Positions 1 to 9,369 of a DNA stretch of 64,000 bases are shown here, one piece after another. Position 1 is the stretch's first letter. Every line of letters starts with the position of its first letter. This DNA is from Naegleria gruberi. Lineage: Eukaryota. The notes under the pieces are model-generated. The model ran no database searches, was not told the DNA's origin, and worked only from the letters and a program-made list of their open reading frames with translations. A program made the position numbers and the translations under genes. Where the stretch lies: assembly GCA_000004985.1 (NCBI GenBank), contig GG738845.1. One strand, given 5' to 3'.

Positions 1-3000
1 CAACTTCAAATTTAATCCATTTATTCAGATTTACTGATACCAAGAAACAAAAAGAGTTTATCAAAAAAACTGACGATGAAGTTAATGCAGAAAAGATATT
101 TGAAAGGTATTCTCAACTGAAAGAAAATATTGTCGATACTGTTGTTGGAATGCTAACAAAGGCAAAGGGAAATGTATTGATAGATTATGAAGTAAGAAAA
201 AAACTTTTGGATTTTGTTAAAGACGACACACAACAAAAACACAAATGGGAAAGACTGAAACTTATCTTACAAGCAAGTGGAAAAGTTGAATATTTTAAGG
301 CAATTTTTGAAAACAGACTTACCTATTGTGTTCGTCTTCTCAACCAAGATAACAATTTATCTTCCTCTAATCCTATTGCTACAAATAATGCAATAGAAGA
401 TGGATTACTAAATCCTGGATTTGATATGGAAAGGCCTCAACTCTATCAAATGTATGACTATATAGAAAAGTTTGGTGGTAAAAGTGGATTAAACCACATG
501 GACATTTATCAACATTTTGAAATGACATCCAAAGTGAGTGGCAACCTTTGCAACGATTTGAGGAAAGACTTTGGTGTAACTTCTGTAGCAGAAAAGGGAG
601 AAAAACAGGCTAAATCAACAAGTTATAGATTTTTCGTTCCTTACATTAAAGAAGTAGAAAATGATAAAGCTAATGAAGTCTCTAACAATGAACAGGAATC
701 TCCTCAAAAATCCAAGTCTAGGAAAAAAAAGAAATCTCAACCACCTAAACAATCAACAAATAATTCTCAAGAACAAGTACAACAAGAGGTCCAGTCTGTA
801 TTGCCATCAATTAATTTGGAAGATTCTAGTGATTCTCTTTATGATAGTGATACAGGAAGTGATGACGAAAGTGATGAAAATAAGCCAGCCCTTACTCCAA
901 GCCAATATTTGAGGACAGAAGGAAAGAGAAAAGAAGAAGGATCCAGAAAAGAGGTAATAACTAAAAATTTCTCAGAAAGATGCAAATTGGCTCTTTCCTT
1001 TTTGAAAGAAAAGAAGTGTATTGCCAGATTTCAGTTGAGAGAACATTTTAAACAAAATAATGTTAGTGTGGAAAGCAAAGCTATATCAAGATTGATTCAA
1101 TACTTGGAATCGAATAACCTTGCTAAAAAAATGACTATTGCTGTACCTAGTTTATTTGGAACAACCTCAAAAATGCACATATGTTTAATTGATTGTTCTT
1201 TGGATATGAAATCAAAGACTGTACAGGACTTTATTACAAGTTTATACTCTCATGAAGTACAAGTTAATTCAAAAGAAAAAGTTGATAGAACAATTTTAGA
1301 AAAAGTTGATAGTATCGATCACTTAGAGACTAAAAGGTCTCAAAAAAGATTTTCCTACTTGCCACTCTTTCATTCACTTCTTAATGGCTATATCAATGCA
1401 AAAATGTTGCGAGTTAGGGTATTCCATCAATATCTATGGAATAAGGTGAATGAGGGATCTGTTAATCCTGAGCGTATTTGCCTTTATGATATTTATAGTA
1501 ACATGTCTGTTTCTCTATTTTGTAAGCTTGTTGGTTGTATTGCAGAAATCAGACTTGGTTCAGATGATAAGGAGATTTTACAAACAGTAACAATTTCTAA
1601 TGCGCCAGAAAATATTAAAAAAGCTGTTGATGCATCGGTAGTGGGAAGAAGAGCAGTTGCTCTCTCAAGAGTTGAAACATTTATTGATATAATGGAGAAG
1701 TTGGGATTATTGGTTGTACAGGCTATACGTGATAAAGAGAGCAAATCAAAAGTTTTTTCATTATTGAAAACAGTAGAATTTCCTTTCCCACAACAATTCC
1801 CTGCAACAGAGTACAGACAAGTTACATTTAATTCAATTAATGATGTAGAAGAATATTGGGACGATTTGGAAATGTGTAGTGTAAATATGGAGACTATTAG
1901 ATGTGAGCCAATTGGTGATGATCAAGAAGATAGCCCACAAATTTTTTCAAAGATTCAAGATTTGGGAAAAAGACCTAGTTGGACTGAGTATAGACATTTT
2001 TCTTTGAGGCAACTTCGTATTTTAGAGGCTTCTTATAAGGAGAATCAAACACCAAATTTTGAGGAATGCGACAATATTTGCAAAAAATTGAGAATACCAA
2101 TGGAACAAGTTGTTCTCTATTTTTACAGATATAGAAACTCTATTCTTAGCAAGCGTATTTCAGATATTGGTACTATCCCAGAGGGTCAATCCAAGTCAAA
2201 TACTAAACGTAAAAAGGACGATGATTTTATAGTTGGTGATGACGAAATTGAGTATGAAAGCAATGATGAGAATGTAGAGGTTAGAGCAAAAAAAACAAAG
2301 CGTTTGCCATCTGTTTCATTGTTATTGATTGGAAATAGAAAAACAAGGAAAGGCTCTACCAGAAAGGGCAACAAAAAACAACCTACCGATACTAATGAAA
2401 ACACAGAAAAACAAAAAGAAAAAACGATACCAACAAGAGGGTACAAGTGGACTAATGAGCAAGATCTTTTGCTTTTAGAGGGACTCTCAAGGTTAAGGGA
2501 ATTGGATCCAAGTACTGGTACTTTCCTTACAAAGCCTATAAAATGGCAAGAAATAGCAGATTCTATTGGTGATGGTATAACAGCCAATCGGTGCAAATTG
2601 AGATGGAATAATGTTTTGAGAAAACTTCCATGGTGTAAGAGAGCACTTGAGCTTGCTATTGGTCACAGAGATTTAAATAAGAACAATCCAAATATTCCTC
2701 CCATAGAAATAAGAACGCTTGTACAAACCTGTAGAGATCAGTACAGAATCGGACCTTCTGATTCTAATAATCAATTAATGAGTGTAGATCTTCCTAGAGA
2801 TTTAATCAATATTGTAAAATACTTTAAAGTTATAAGGTTTGAACCACTAGTAGAGGATAATGCAGACGAAAATATCAATATCACTACAGAGAATAGATTG
2901 AGACTCAGTTCTTTGGAAACCCTTTTCAAAATTATTCTACTTACCCCTGATGAACACTATGATGTAAAATTAGCCAACAAACTTGTTAAAAGATTCAAAT

Positions 3001-4553
3001 CAAAGGAAATAGAGGAATGTTTTAACAGTTTAAGAAAGAGATCAATAATATCCAAGTCTAAAAGAGGTCTAAGAATGAAGGGTTACCATCTCAACATTAA
3101 TTTTACAACAAAAACCACCGTGAACTTTTATCCACCAGAAATTTTTGAAGATGCTCCAAAATTCAGAAAAAGAGCGTTAATGATTAATGAGGAGGATGAC
3201 TCTGATGAAGAAGATGATATGGAGGTTAAACCACTATTTAATAGACATGGAGCATGCTTTAATCCTCAAAGCTCTGGTGGTGTAGTAGCAGCTTTAATGA
3301 GTATGGTAATGTTGGAAGAAATTAGGTTAATACCAAGGGTTGCACCACTTTCCGAAGAAGAAAAAAATCAAGTAGGAAGAACTCGTAGTATCCAAGATAT
3401 GGAAGAGGATGACGGAACAGGCGTCAGTAATCATTTACTAAGGGTGGGAGCTGTGAGACCTGGTGAGAATGATCATATTCATGCAGAAGGTACAAACATT
3501 AAAAGTTCACACGGCTCACTACAATTACCAGATTGGACGATAGCTATAGAATCCATCACTGAAGTAAATTTATTTAGTGAGATGGGAGCTGAAAATGAAC
3601 ATCAAACCCACATTTCCAGAATAGTATCTGAGTACGGGCACAAACTCTCTAGTATTGAATTTTCTATTGAACTCCCAGATCAAGAGAATGAGAATAAGAG
3701 AGAAAGAGATGAATTTAACCAAGATAACACCTATGACCCACCTCAAAAGAAAAAGAAACAACACCACATTACTAACTCTGAAATTGAGGCATATTTCGAA
3801 ATGTATGCTGCAGAAAGTAGTTCTATAACAACATTCACCAATGATCAAATAGATTTTGTTGAAAATATTACATATCCAGAGATTAAACCTCTTGCACAAT
3901 ATATTATAGAATCTGGAGTTGAAGAATATTCATTTTGGATAGAAAGGATAATTTTGGTGTATTCATTTATTGGTAATACCAAGTTTGAAGGGGCAAACTT
4001 TGACACTATTTCTCAAAAATTTTCAGATTTTTCTACTGATTATGATCTTTCGATCAAAGAAATATTACAACAATTAGTTAACTTTAATTGTATTGTGGAG
4101 GTAAATTCTGAAAATGAAACAAGATTTTTGAGATTTGAAGAAGCCAAATTGCACACAATACCATACTCAGAAAATGGTGCAACACAATATAGACCAATTT
4201 CAGTCTTCAGACAATTATCAGGAGAGTTAAATGATAACCTTTTACAAAACTTTAAAAAATGTATCATCTCCAGAATTATGAGATATCCTGGTATTTTGGA
4301 AAAAAAGCTTATCAATAGTATTGGTGTTATTTCTGCCCAGGATATAAGAAAAGTATTAGGATTTTTGGAGGATGACCAAATCATTCAATCTAGCTATCAT
4401 AGAGCAACATCTAACGAGAAATTGAAGTGTAAAAATATATTATTCATGCATCAAGATGAGATGGATGACTTGGAAAACAGTGATTGTTACCCTACAGAAT
4501 TTCATAGATCTCTTTTTGTTACCCCAAAATATATTTTCTTCTCTACACAATAA
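1..4553 (+). CDS. Large nuclear protein (>1,500 aa) with one Myb/SANT-like domain; truncated at the 5' end by the window edge. Product unknown; a TFIIIC/SNAPc-like DNA-binding factor is only a guess.
   Basis: The frame of the 150..4553 ORF stays open, with no stop, back to nt 3, so the gene starts upstream of the window. It contains a Myb/SANT-like segment 'RGYKWTNEQDLLLLEGLSRL...WQEIADSIGDGITANRCKLRWNNVLRKL' and K/R-rich and acidic (D/E) low-complexity stretches. The stop is TAA at 4551-4553. Confidence 0.55.
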   Translation, partial: TSNLIHLFRFTDTKKQKEFIKKTDDEVNAEKIFERYSQLKENIVDTVVGMLTKAKGNVLIDYEVRKKLLDFVKDDTQQKHKWERLKLILQASGKVEYFKAIFENRLTYCVRLLNQDNNLSSSNPIATNNAIEDGLLNPGFDMERPQLYQMYDYIEKFGGKSGLNHMDIYQHFEMTSKVSGNLCNDLRKDFGVTSVAEKGEKQAKSTSYRFFVPYIKEVENDKANEVSNNEQESPQKSKSRKKKKSQPPKQSTNNSQEQVQQEVQSVLPSINLEDSSDSLYDSDTGSDDESDENKPALTPSQYLRTEGKRKEEGSRKEVITKNFSERCKLALSFLKEKKCIARFQLREHFKQNNVSVESKAISRLIQYLESNNLAKKMTIAVPSLFGTTSKMHICLIDCSLDMKSKTVQDFITSLYSHEVQVNSKEKVDRTILEKVDSIDHLETKRSQKRFSYLPLFHSLLNGYINAKMLRVRVFHQYLWNKVNEGSVNPERICLYDIYSNMSVSLFCKLVGCIAEIRLGSDDKEILQTVTISNAPENIKKAVDASVVGRRAVALSRVETFIDIMEKLGLLVVQAIRDKESKSKVFSLLKTVEFPFPQQFPATEYRQVTFNSINDVEEYWDDLEMCSVNMETIRCEPIGDDQEDSPQIFSKIQDLGKRPSWTEYRHFSLRQLRILEASYKENQTPNFEECDNICKKLRIPMEQVVLYFYRYRNSILSKRISDIGTIPEGQSKSNTKRKKDDDFIVGDDEIEYESNDENVEVRAKKTKRLPSVSLLLIGNRKTRKGSTRKGNKKQPTDTNENTEKQKEKTIPTRGYKWTNEQDLLLLEGLSRLRELDPSTGTFLTKPIKWQEIADSIGDGITANRCKLRWNNVLRKLPWCKRALELAIGHRDLNKNNPNIPPIEIRTLVQTCRDQYRIGPSDSNNQLMSVDLPRDLINIVKYFKVIRFEPLVEDNADENINITTENRLRLSSLETLFKIILLTPDEHYDVKLANKLVKRFKSKEIEECFNSLRKRSIISKSKRGLRMKGYHLNINFTTKTTVNFYPPEIFEDAPKFRKRALMINEEDDSDEEDDMEVKPLFNRHGACFNPQSSGGVVAALMSMVMLEEIRLIPRVAPLSEEEKNQVGRTRSIQDMEEDDGTGVSNHLLRVGAVRPGENDHIHAEGTNIKSSHGSLQLPDWTIAIESITEVNLFSEMGAENEHQTHISRIVSEYGHKLSSIEFSIELPDQENENKRERDEFNQDNTYDPPQKKKKQHHITNSEIEAYFEMYAAESSSITTFTNDQIDFVENITYPEIKPLAQYIIESGVEEYSFWIERIILVYSFIGNTKFEGANFDTISQKFSDFSTDYDLSIKEILQQLVNFNCIVEVNSENETRFLRFEEAKLHTIPYSENGATQYRPISVFRQLSGELNDNLLQNFKKCIISRIMRYPGILEKKLINSIGVISAQDIRKVLGFLEDDQIIQSSYHRATSNEKLKCKNILFMHQDEMDDLENSDCYPTEFHRSLFVTPKYIFFSTQ

Positions 4554-4566
4554 AGGTTAATAATGT

Positions 4567-6300
4567 TTATTCACTAATGACTATTGAATCAATACAAAAG
4601 AGAGCAGAATTAACATAGGAGGAAAGCAGGCATTGTACTTTAACAGGTATTGGGTCATCCTGATTGAGCTGGAGCAGAACATTTTCCTTGATAAAAGGAA
4701 TTTGGAATGGATCTAATAGCAATAGACGAGCACTTGCAGCATTGATGGATGTATTGATGGTAGTGTATTGTTTTGCATTTGAGTTTTCCATTCCTTCAGT
4801 GCTAAAATCAATAATTGGGTCAATTAAGTCTATGGATGTTGGAGAAAAGTTTACATGAATACGCATTGGAGGACATAAGTACAGCTTTAGGAACCCATTT
4901 TTTGTGTCATCTTGCAGTTTGGAATAAAGTGAAACTTCAATAACAAACTGCTTGGAATTTTCATTTTCTTGGAATGTATTTACATTTTGGAGATCGGTCA
5001 AGTTTGTGGCACACGACAGTTCAGATACAGAGCTCACTGACACAGGTGATGTGAGCTTGGATGGAATGCAAGAGCCATCTTCATCTATTTCATCATCTTG
5101 CTTAGCATTGGTACCTCGTGGAAAATGTCTAACATCTATTTCAAACTTTGACTTGGCATTTTTAAAAGCAATCAAAAACTTGGATTTGAGTTTTGTTGTA
5201 AGATGTTCTTGTAATGCATCATAAAAAGTCTGAGAGGAATTAAATGTTGATGCCAAAAGAACTTGTTTCATAAAATTTTTCATTGGAAATAGATCCTCCT
5301 CATATTTTCTTGATTTGTTTGGTTCCAATGACTGATAAATATCGGTAATTTTCCTCTTATTTGTTTGATTTGTTACGGAAATAAAATCATCAAAAGAAGG
5401 AAACCCAACTTCGGTATGTACAGTTTCACAGAATTGTTTCAGAACGTTCTCATTTTGAGATTTTCCTGAGAGATAGGTTTTTTCGAGATCATCTAGGATT
5501 TTAATATGTTCTAATTGCTTTGTTTTCAAAGTTACAGACAACTTTTCATATATGTGTGCAAGATTCTGTACAATCGTACTTAGTTGTTTTAAAACTTCAA
5601 TCTCTTCTTTAAATCTCCTAATAGGAGAAGTTTTAACTAAATTACTCATTGCTGCAGTTTCGTCCTTATTCTTTTCAAGAAATGCGTTATAATTATTTTG
5701 ATGATCAAAAAAATATTGTTTCAAGTTCTTTGTAATGATTTCTAATTGTTGTACTTTTTTATCCGCATCATTGTATCCTAAAACAGTGATAAACTTGTCT
5801 CTCTTTTCTTTGAATTTTTCCAATAATTGTTTAGCTGTCCCGTAGTCATGTCTTAATCTATCACATTCATGTTTGTTTTTAATTATTCCAATAAATGTGT
5901 CCCAAAATATTTGTGATTCATTAACTGGTTGTTGTGGTGTTTGTGTAGATTGTTGGCTATTTGATTGTTGTGTATTATTCTTCGGAGTCTGATTTGATTG
6001 TTGCTGTTGTATAGTGTGCTGATTTTGTTGAACAGTTGTTTCTTGTTGTGGAGGTTGCTGTGGACGATAGTGCTGCTCTGCATGATATGGAATATTTTGT
6101 AACTCTTGGATAAATACTTGTTTTGTTGGTGATGTGTTCCAAGCTTGAGTAACAAAATAAAGAGCAATCTGGTCCACAGTCTCCTTGGGAAATTTAGGAT
6201 TATTCTTGAAGAATTCGTGATTGGAGACAAGGGAAGTGGTGTAGGTAACAAATTTTTCTTGCTCTTCGGGGCGTACTTCACTGTGCCAAGGTTGAGACAT
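4567..6300 (-). CDS. KIX-like domain plus Q-rich protein; Mediator subunit Med15-like (tentative)
   Basis: The ORF-track start at 6306 is GTG; the first ATG is at 6300 ('MSQPWHSEV...'). The N-terminus 'PWHSEVRPEEQEKFVTYTTSLV...KETVDQIALYFVTQAW' resembles the three-helix KIX domain (compare CBP 'GWHEHVTQDLRSHLVHKLVQAI'). It is followed by a poly-Q/Q-rich tract, which is the Med15 architecture. Confidence 0.4.
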   Translation of the reverse strand: MSQPWHSEVRPEEQEKFVTYTTSLVSNHEFFKNNPKFPKETVDQIALYFVTQAWNTSPTKQVFIQELQNIPYHAEQHYRPQQPPQQETTVQQNQHTIQQQQSNQTPKNNTQQSNSQQSTQTPQQPVNESQIFWDTFIGIIKNKHECDRLRHDYGTAKQLLEKFKEKRDKFITVLGYNDADKKVQQLEIITKNLKQYFFDHQNNYNAFLEKNKDETAAMSNLVKTSPIRRFKEEIEVLKQLSTIVQNLAHIYEKLSVTLKTKQLEHIKILDDLEKTYLSGKSQNENVLKQFCETVHTEVGFPSFDDFISVTNQTNKRKITDIYQSLEPNKSRKYEEDLFPMKNFMKQVLLASTFNSSQTFYDALQEHLTTKLKSKFLIAFKNAKSKFEIDVRHFPRGTNAKQDDEIDEDGSCIPSKLTSPVSVSSVSELSCATNLTDLQNVNTFQENENSKQFVIEVSLYSKLQDDTKNGFLKLYLCPPMRIHVNFSPTSIDLIDPIIDFSTEGMENSNAKQYTTINTSINAASARLLLLDPFQIPFIKENVLLQLNQDDPIPVKVQCLLSSYVNSALFCIDSIVISE

Positions 6301-6402
6301 TTTCACAAGATGTCTTTTGAAGTATTTTTTTATTTTTGAAATTCTTTAAATAACCATTGTTCCCGCCAAATTCTACAATTAATAATTTTTAAAAAAAACA
6401 AC

Positions 6403-8770
6403 ATGAGCAACATTGGTGTGGCACGATCGTCTATAAATCTTGTTAGTCCTCTCACTCTATCTTCCCCTATCAATATTGGTGGTCCACAACTGGAAAGAGA
6501 TCAAAAACACTTCCCATTTTCAAGGAGTACCATGGATTTAAAAGAAGTGGAACGAAATAATAAGGATTTAGTTGTACCCTCAAACCGAACAGATGACCCT
6601 TTCAAGGATTTTCCTGCAACTACCGATGTATTATCATGCAAAACCAAAGTGAATGAATTAGAAGTACAAATAGAATATCTTAAAGACATAGGTATGTTTT
6701 ATTTAGTATTAAAACTGTTAATCAAAATTAAATAGTTCAAAGGTTGAGTGACGAAATGGCTAGGTATCAGGTAAAATATCCGCCAATTGTTTCAAGTGAT
6801 TCCGAAGGAGCTTGTTCTACGTTAATTGCTCCATGGTTTTACAACTCCCAACACATGAACCCTCTTCTTGTATCATACGATCACAGAATCATGGAATTAA
6901 CAAACGAAATTAAACTCTATAAGGAAAAAATTGAAACAATGACAATTGAAGTAAAAGCAGTGTCATCAGAAAATGAAGATCTTCAACATAGTTTGAAAAA
7001 TATGATTGAAAAACATCTGTCAAAACCCAATGAGCCAGGGTCTTCGATTCCTTTCAACATTCCTACTGAAGAATGGGACGAACTTCAACAGAGAGTTGAA
7101 CTATTAGACAGAGAAAACAAGTTGTTATTGGAGGAGCAAAGAGAGCTTCAAAATGAAATTGATCGATTGAGAAACGAAAATAGAAGACCATATGTTGAGT
7201 CATCATTATCTTCGACAGATTCTGATAGAACTCGTTTAATGCTGGAAAGTGCAAAAAAAAAAATTTCATCCTTGCAAAGAGAAAAAGAAGATTACCAAAG
7301 AGAGATTAAAAGGGCTAGGCATTTGGAATCTGTTGTTGGTGATTTAGAAAGAGCACTAAGTTCCAGTAATCAGAGATGTAAATTGTTGGATGAAGAATTA
7401 GAAAAACATAAATGCTTGATAGACGACTTGAATCATGAAAGAAAGCGATTTTTCCAAACAGAAAAAACCATCAATTACAAGGATATAGAGATGACAGGTT
7501 TGTTATTTACTTTCTTAATATTAGTTACAATTTGAAAGAACTTCGTGACAAGTTGACAATAGCACTCAGGGAAGGAGATGAAATAAGGGAAGAAAAAAAT
7601 AAGATTTTACATGAAATAAGCCAAATGGAGCAGAGAATAGTTGCTTACCAACAGAGTGAATTTGAAGCTTTACAAAAAGTGAAGGAAACTATGGAGTTAC
7701 TTGAAACAACAAAACTAGAAAGAGATACTGCTAGAACAGCTATAAAGAACAAAGAACAGGAAATTGAAAGGTTAGAAGAAAAGAATAAGAAGCTTTCTAA
7801 TGACTATTCTGAAAGGTTTAAAAAATTGTCTTCACATTTTCAAGAAAAACACAAGGAATCACTCCAAGCTTTGGAAGATCAACTAAAAATATTACAAATA
7901 GAGAATGGCCATTTAAAATCAGATGTAGACAGGTTAAAAAGAGAGAAAAAGTTAGTATTATTTTAAATATTATTCAAACACAATATTAGAACAACTGAGA
8001 ATGAGTTGACCAAGGTAATTAAGGCTGCCGAGACTGAGCAATTAAATTCACCATTTGTTGTTAATGATTTAAACCAACAGATTAACCATTTAACTAATGA
8101 GAGAGATGAATCAGAGAGGATGTACGAAAGATTAAGAAACTCTCATAGAAGAGCTCAACAACAATGGGAGCAGGAGCGAGAACAATTGAATGCAAGATAT
8201 CTTGAGTTACAAAAAAGAGTTTCATCAATTGAATCAGAATCCGAGGAACAAAGACAAAACAACATAAGATTAAACGAACAAATCAATAGACTTGAGCAAC
8301 AATGCCAAAATGTTAAGTTTGAAAAAGAAGAGGTTGAAAGATCATTGAAAGACTCGATACGAACCCAACAAGAACTTTCATCTCATGATACAAGAGATCT
8401 AAGGAAAAAGCTTGCTCTAACTTTAGAGGAATATAACAGAGCAGAAAACTCATTACACCAACTCAATATGAGACATCAAAAAGAACAATTGCAGTGGAGA
8501 GAAGAGTTTAGTAAGTTTAAGGAAAAAAAGGATAAGGAAGTACACGATTTGACATCAATTGTTGAGCAATTAACAAGAAGAAACCAAGAAATGGAGGGTA
8601 AAATCAAACTCCTTTTAAAGAAAGAAGAAGAACTTCTTAATCAAAAGAAAGACCTTCATATCAGAGCTGACAAGTTAACAATATATCTGGAGAGAATGAA
8701 AAGAGAAAGAGATATGCTCGCAAAACACATGGAAGGGAAGATTACAGATATTAGTTTTGGTTTTGAGTAG
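6403..8770 (+). CDS. Coiled-coil protein of about 700 aa, four exons, function unknown
   Basis: Exons are 6403..6691, 6736..7497, 7539..7950 and 7990..8770, joined by 39-45 nt GT-AG introns (donors gtatgt, gtttgt, gttagt). The joins keep the frames of the four ORF-track segments. The protein is heptad-rich and E/K/R/L/Q-rich ('ELQNEIDRLRNENRR', 'LERDTARTAIKNKEQEIERLEEKNKKL'). No specific family was recognised. Confidence 0.5.
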
Positions 8771-8833
8771 CTGGCAATAAAATTAATTGTTTAATGTTTG
8801 GAATTTTAATTTAAATTATAATTAAAAAAAGAA

Positions 8834-9255
8834 ATGTCTGTTGATGAGAAAATCTATGCGGAAAAAATTAAAACTTTTGGACATGGTTTTATACGATATT
8901 TGAATACAATTGATGATGCTTTCGGAAAATACTTCGACAAAGTGTAGGTAGTTAATTACATTGAATTTGTATTTATGCCCACAAACTTAAAAGAGAAAAA
9001 TCTCTGGATGATCCTTTGAGCAAGGAGGAAGCAATAAACGATTTAGCAGCAATACAAAAATTAATTAACCAAGTTTCTAATGTTACCGACGCAAATAATT
9101 TGTATAGTTTTCTTCTTCCACCAAAAGAAGATGCATTGGAACAACTGGAAATTAGAGAAAAAGAAAAAGAAATCAAAAAACAACATCTTATTCAAATATC
9201 AAAAAACTCTACACTGGTACAGGAGCTTGTATCAAAGTTTGATATTGTCGAATGA
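8834..9255 (+). CDS. Small (about 124 aa) helical/coiled-coil protein, two exons, unknown function
   Basis: ATG at 8834. Exon 1 is 8834..8943, the intron is 8944..8993 (gtaggt...aaaag) and exon 2 is 8994..9255. The product is 'MSVDEKIYAEKIKTFGHGFIRYLNTIDDAFGKYFDKVEKSLDDPLSKEEAINDLAAIQKLINQ...'. Confidence 0.4.
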
Positions 9256-9369
9256 AAATGTTATTGTAAATAATAATAATGCGGTATTTAAGTAAAGTTC
9301 CCAAATCATCATAATCATCATTTCATAACCCACCGTCAACTGTCCCATCAAAGATTTTCTTCAAAAAAA

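Noticed and set aside
661-6339. Numerous short nested ORFs overlapping the large genes (for example 661..912, 1493..1744, 2186..2596, 3570..3899, 4040..4384, 5883..6281)
   Set aside because: They sit inside long, well-supported coding frames on the same or opposite strand. They are expected by chance in AT-rich sequence.
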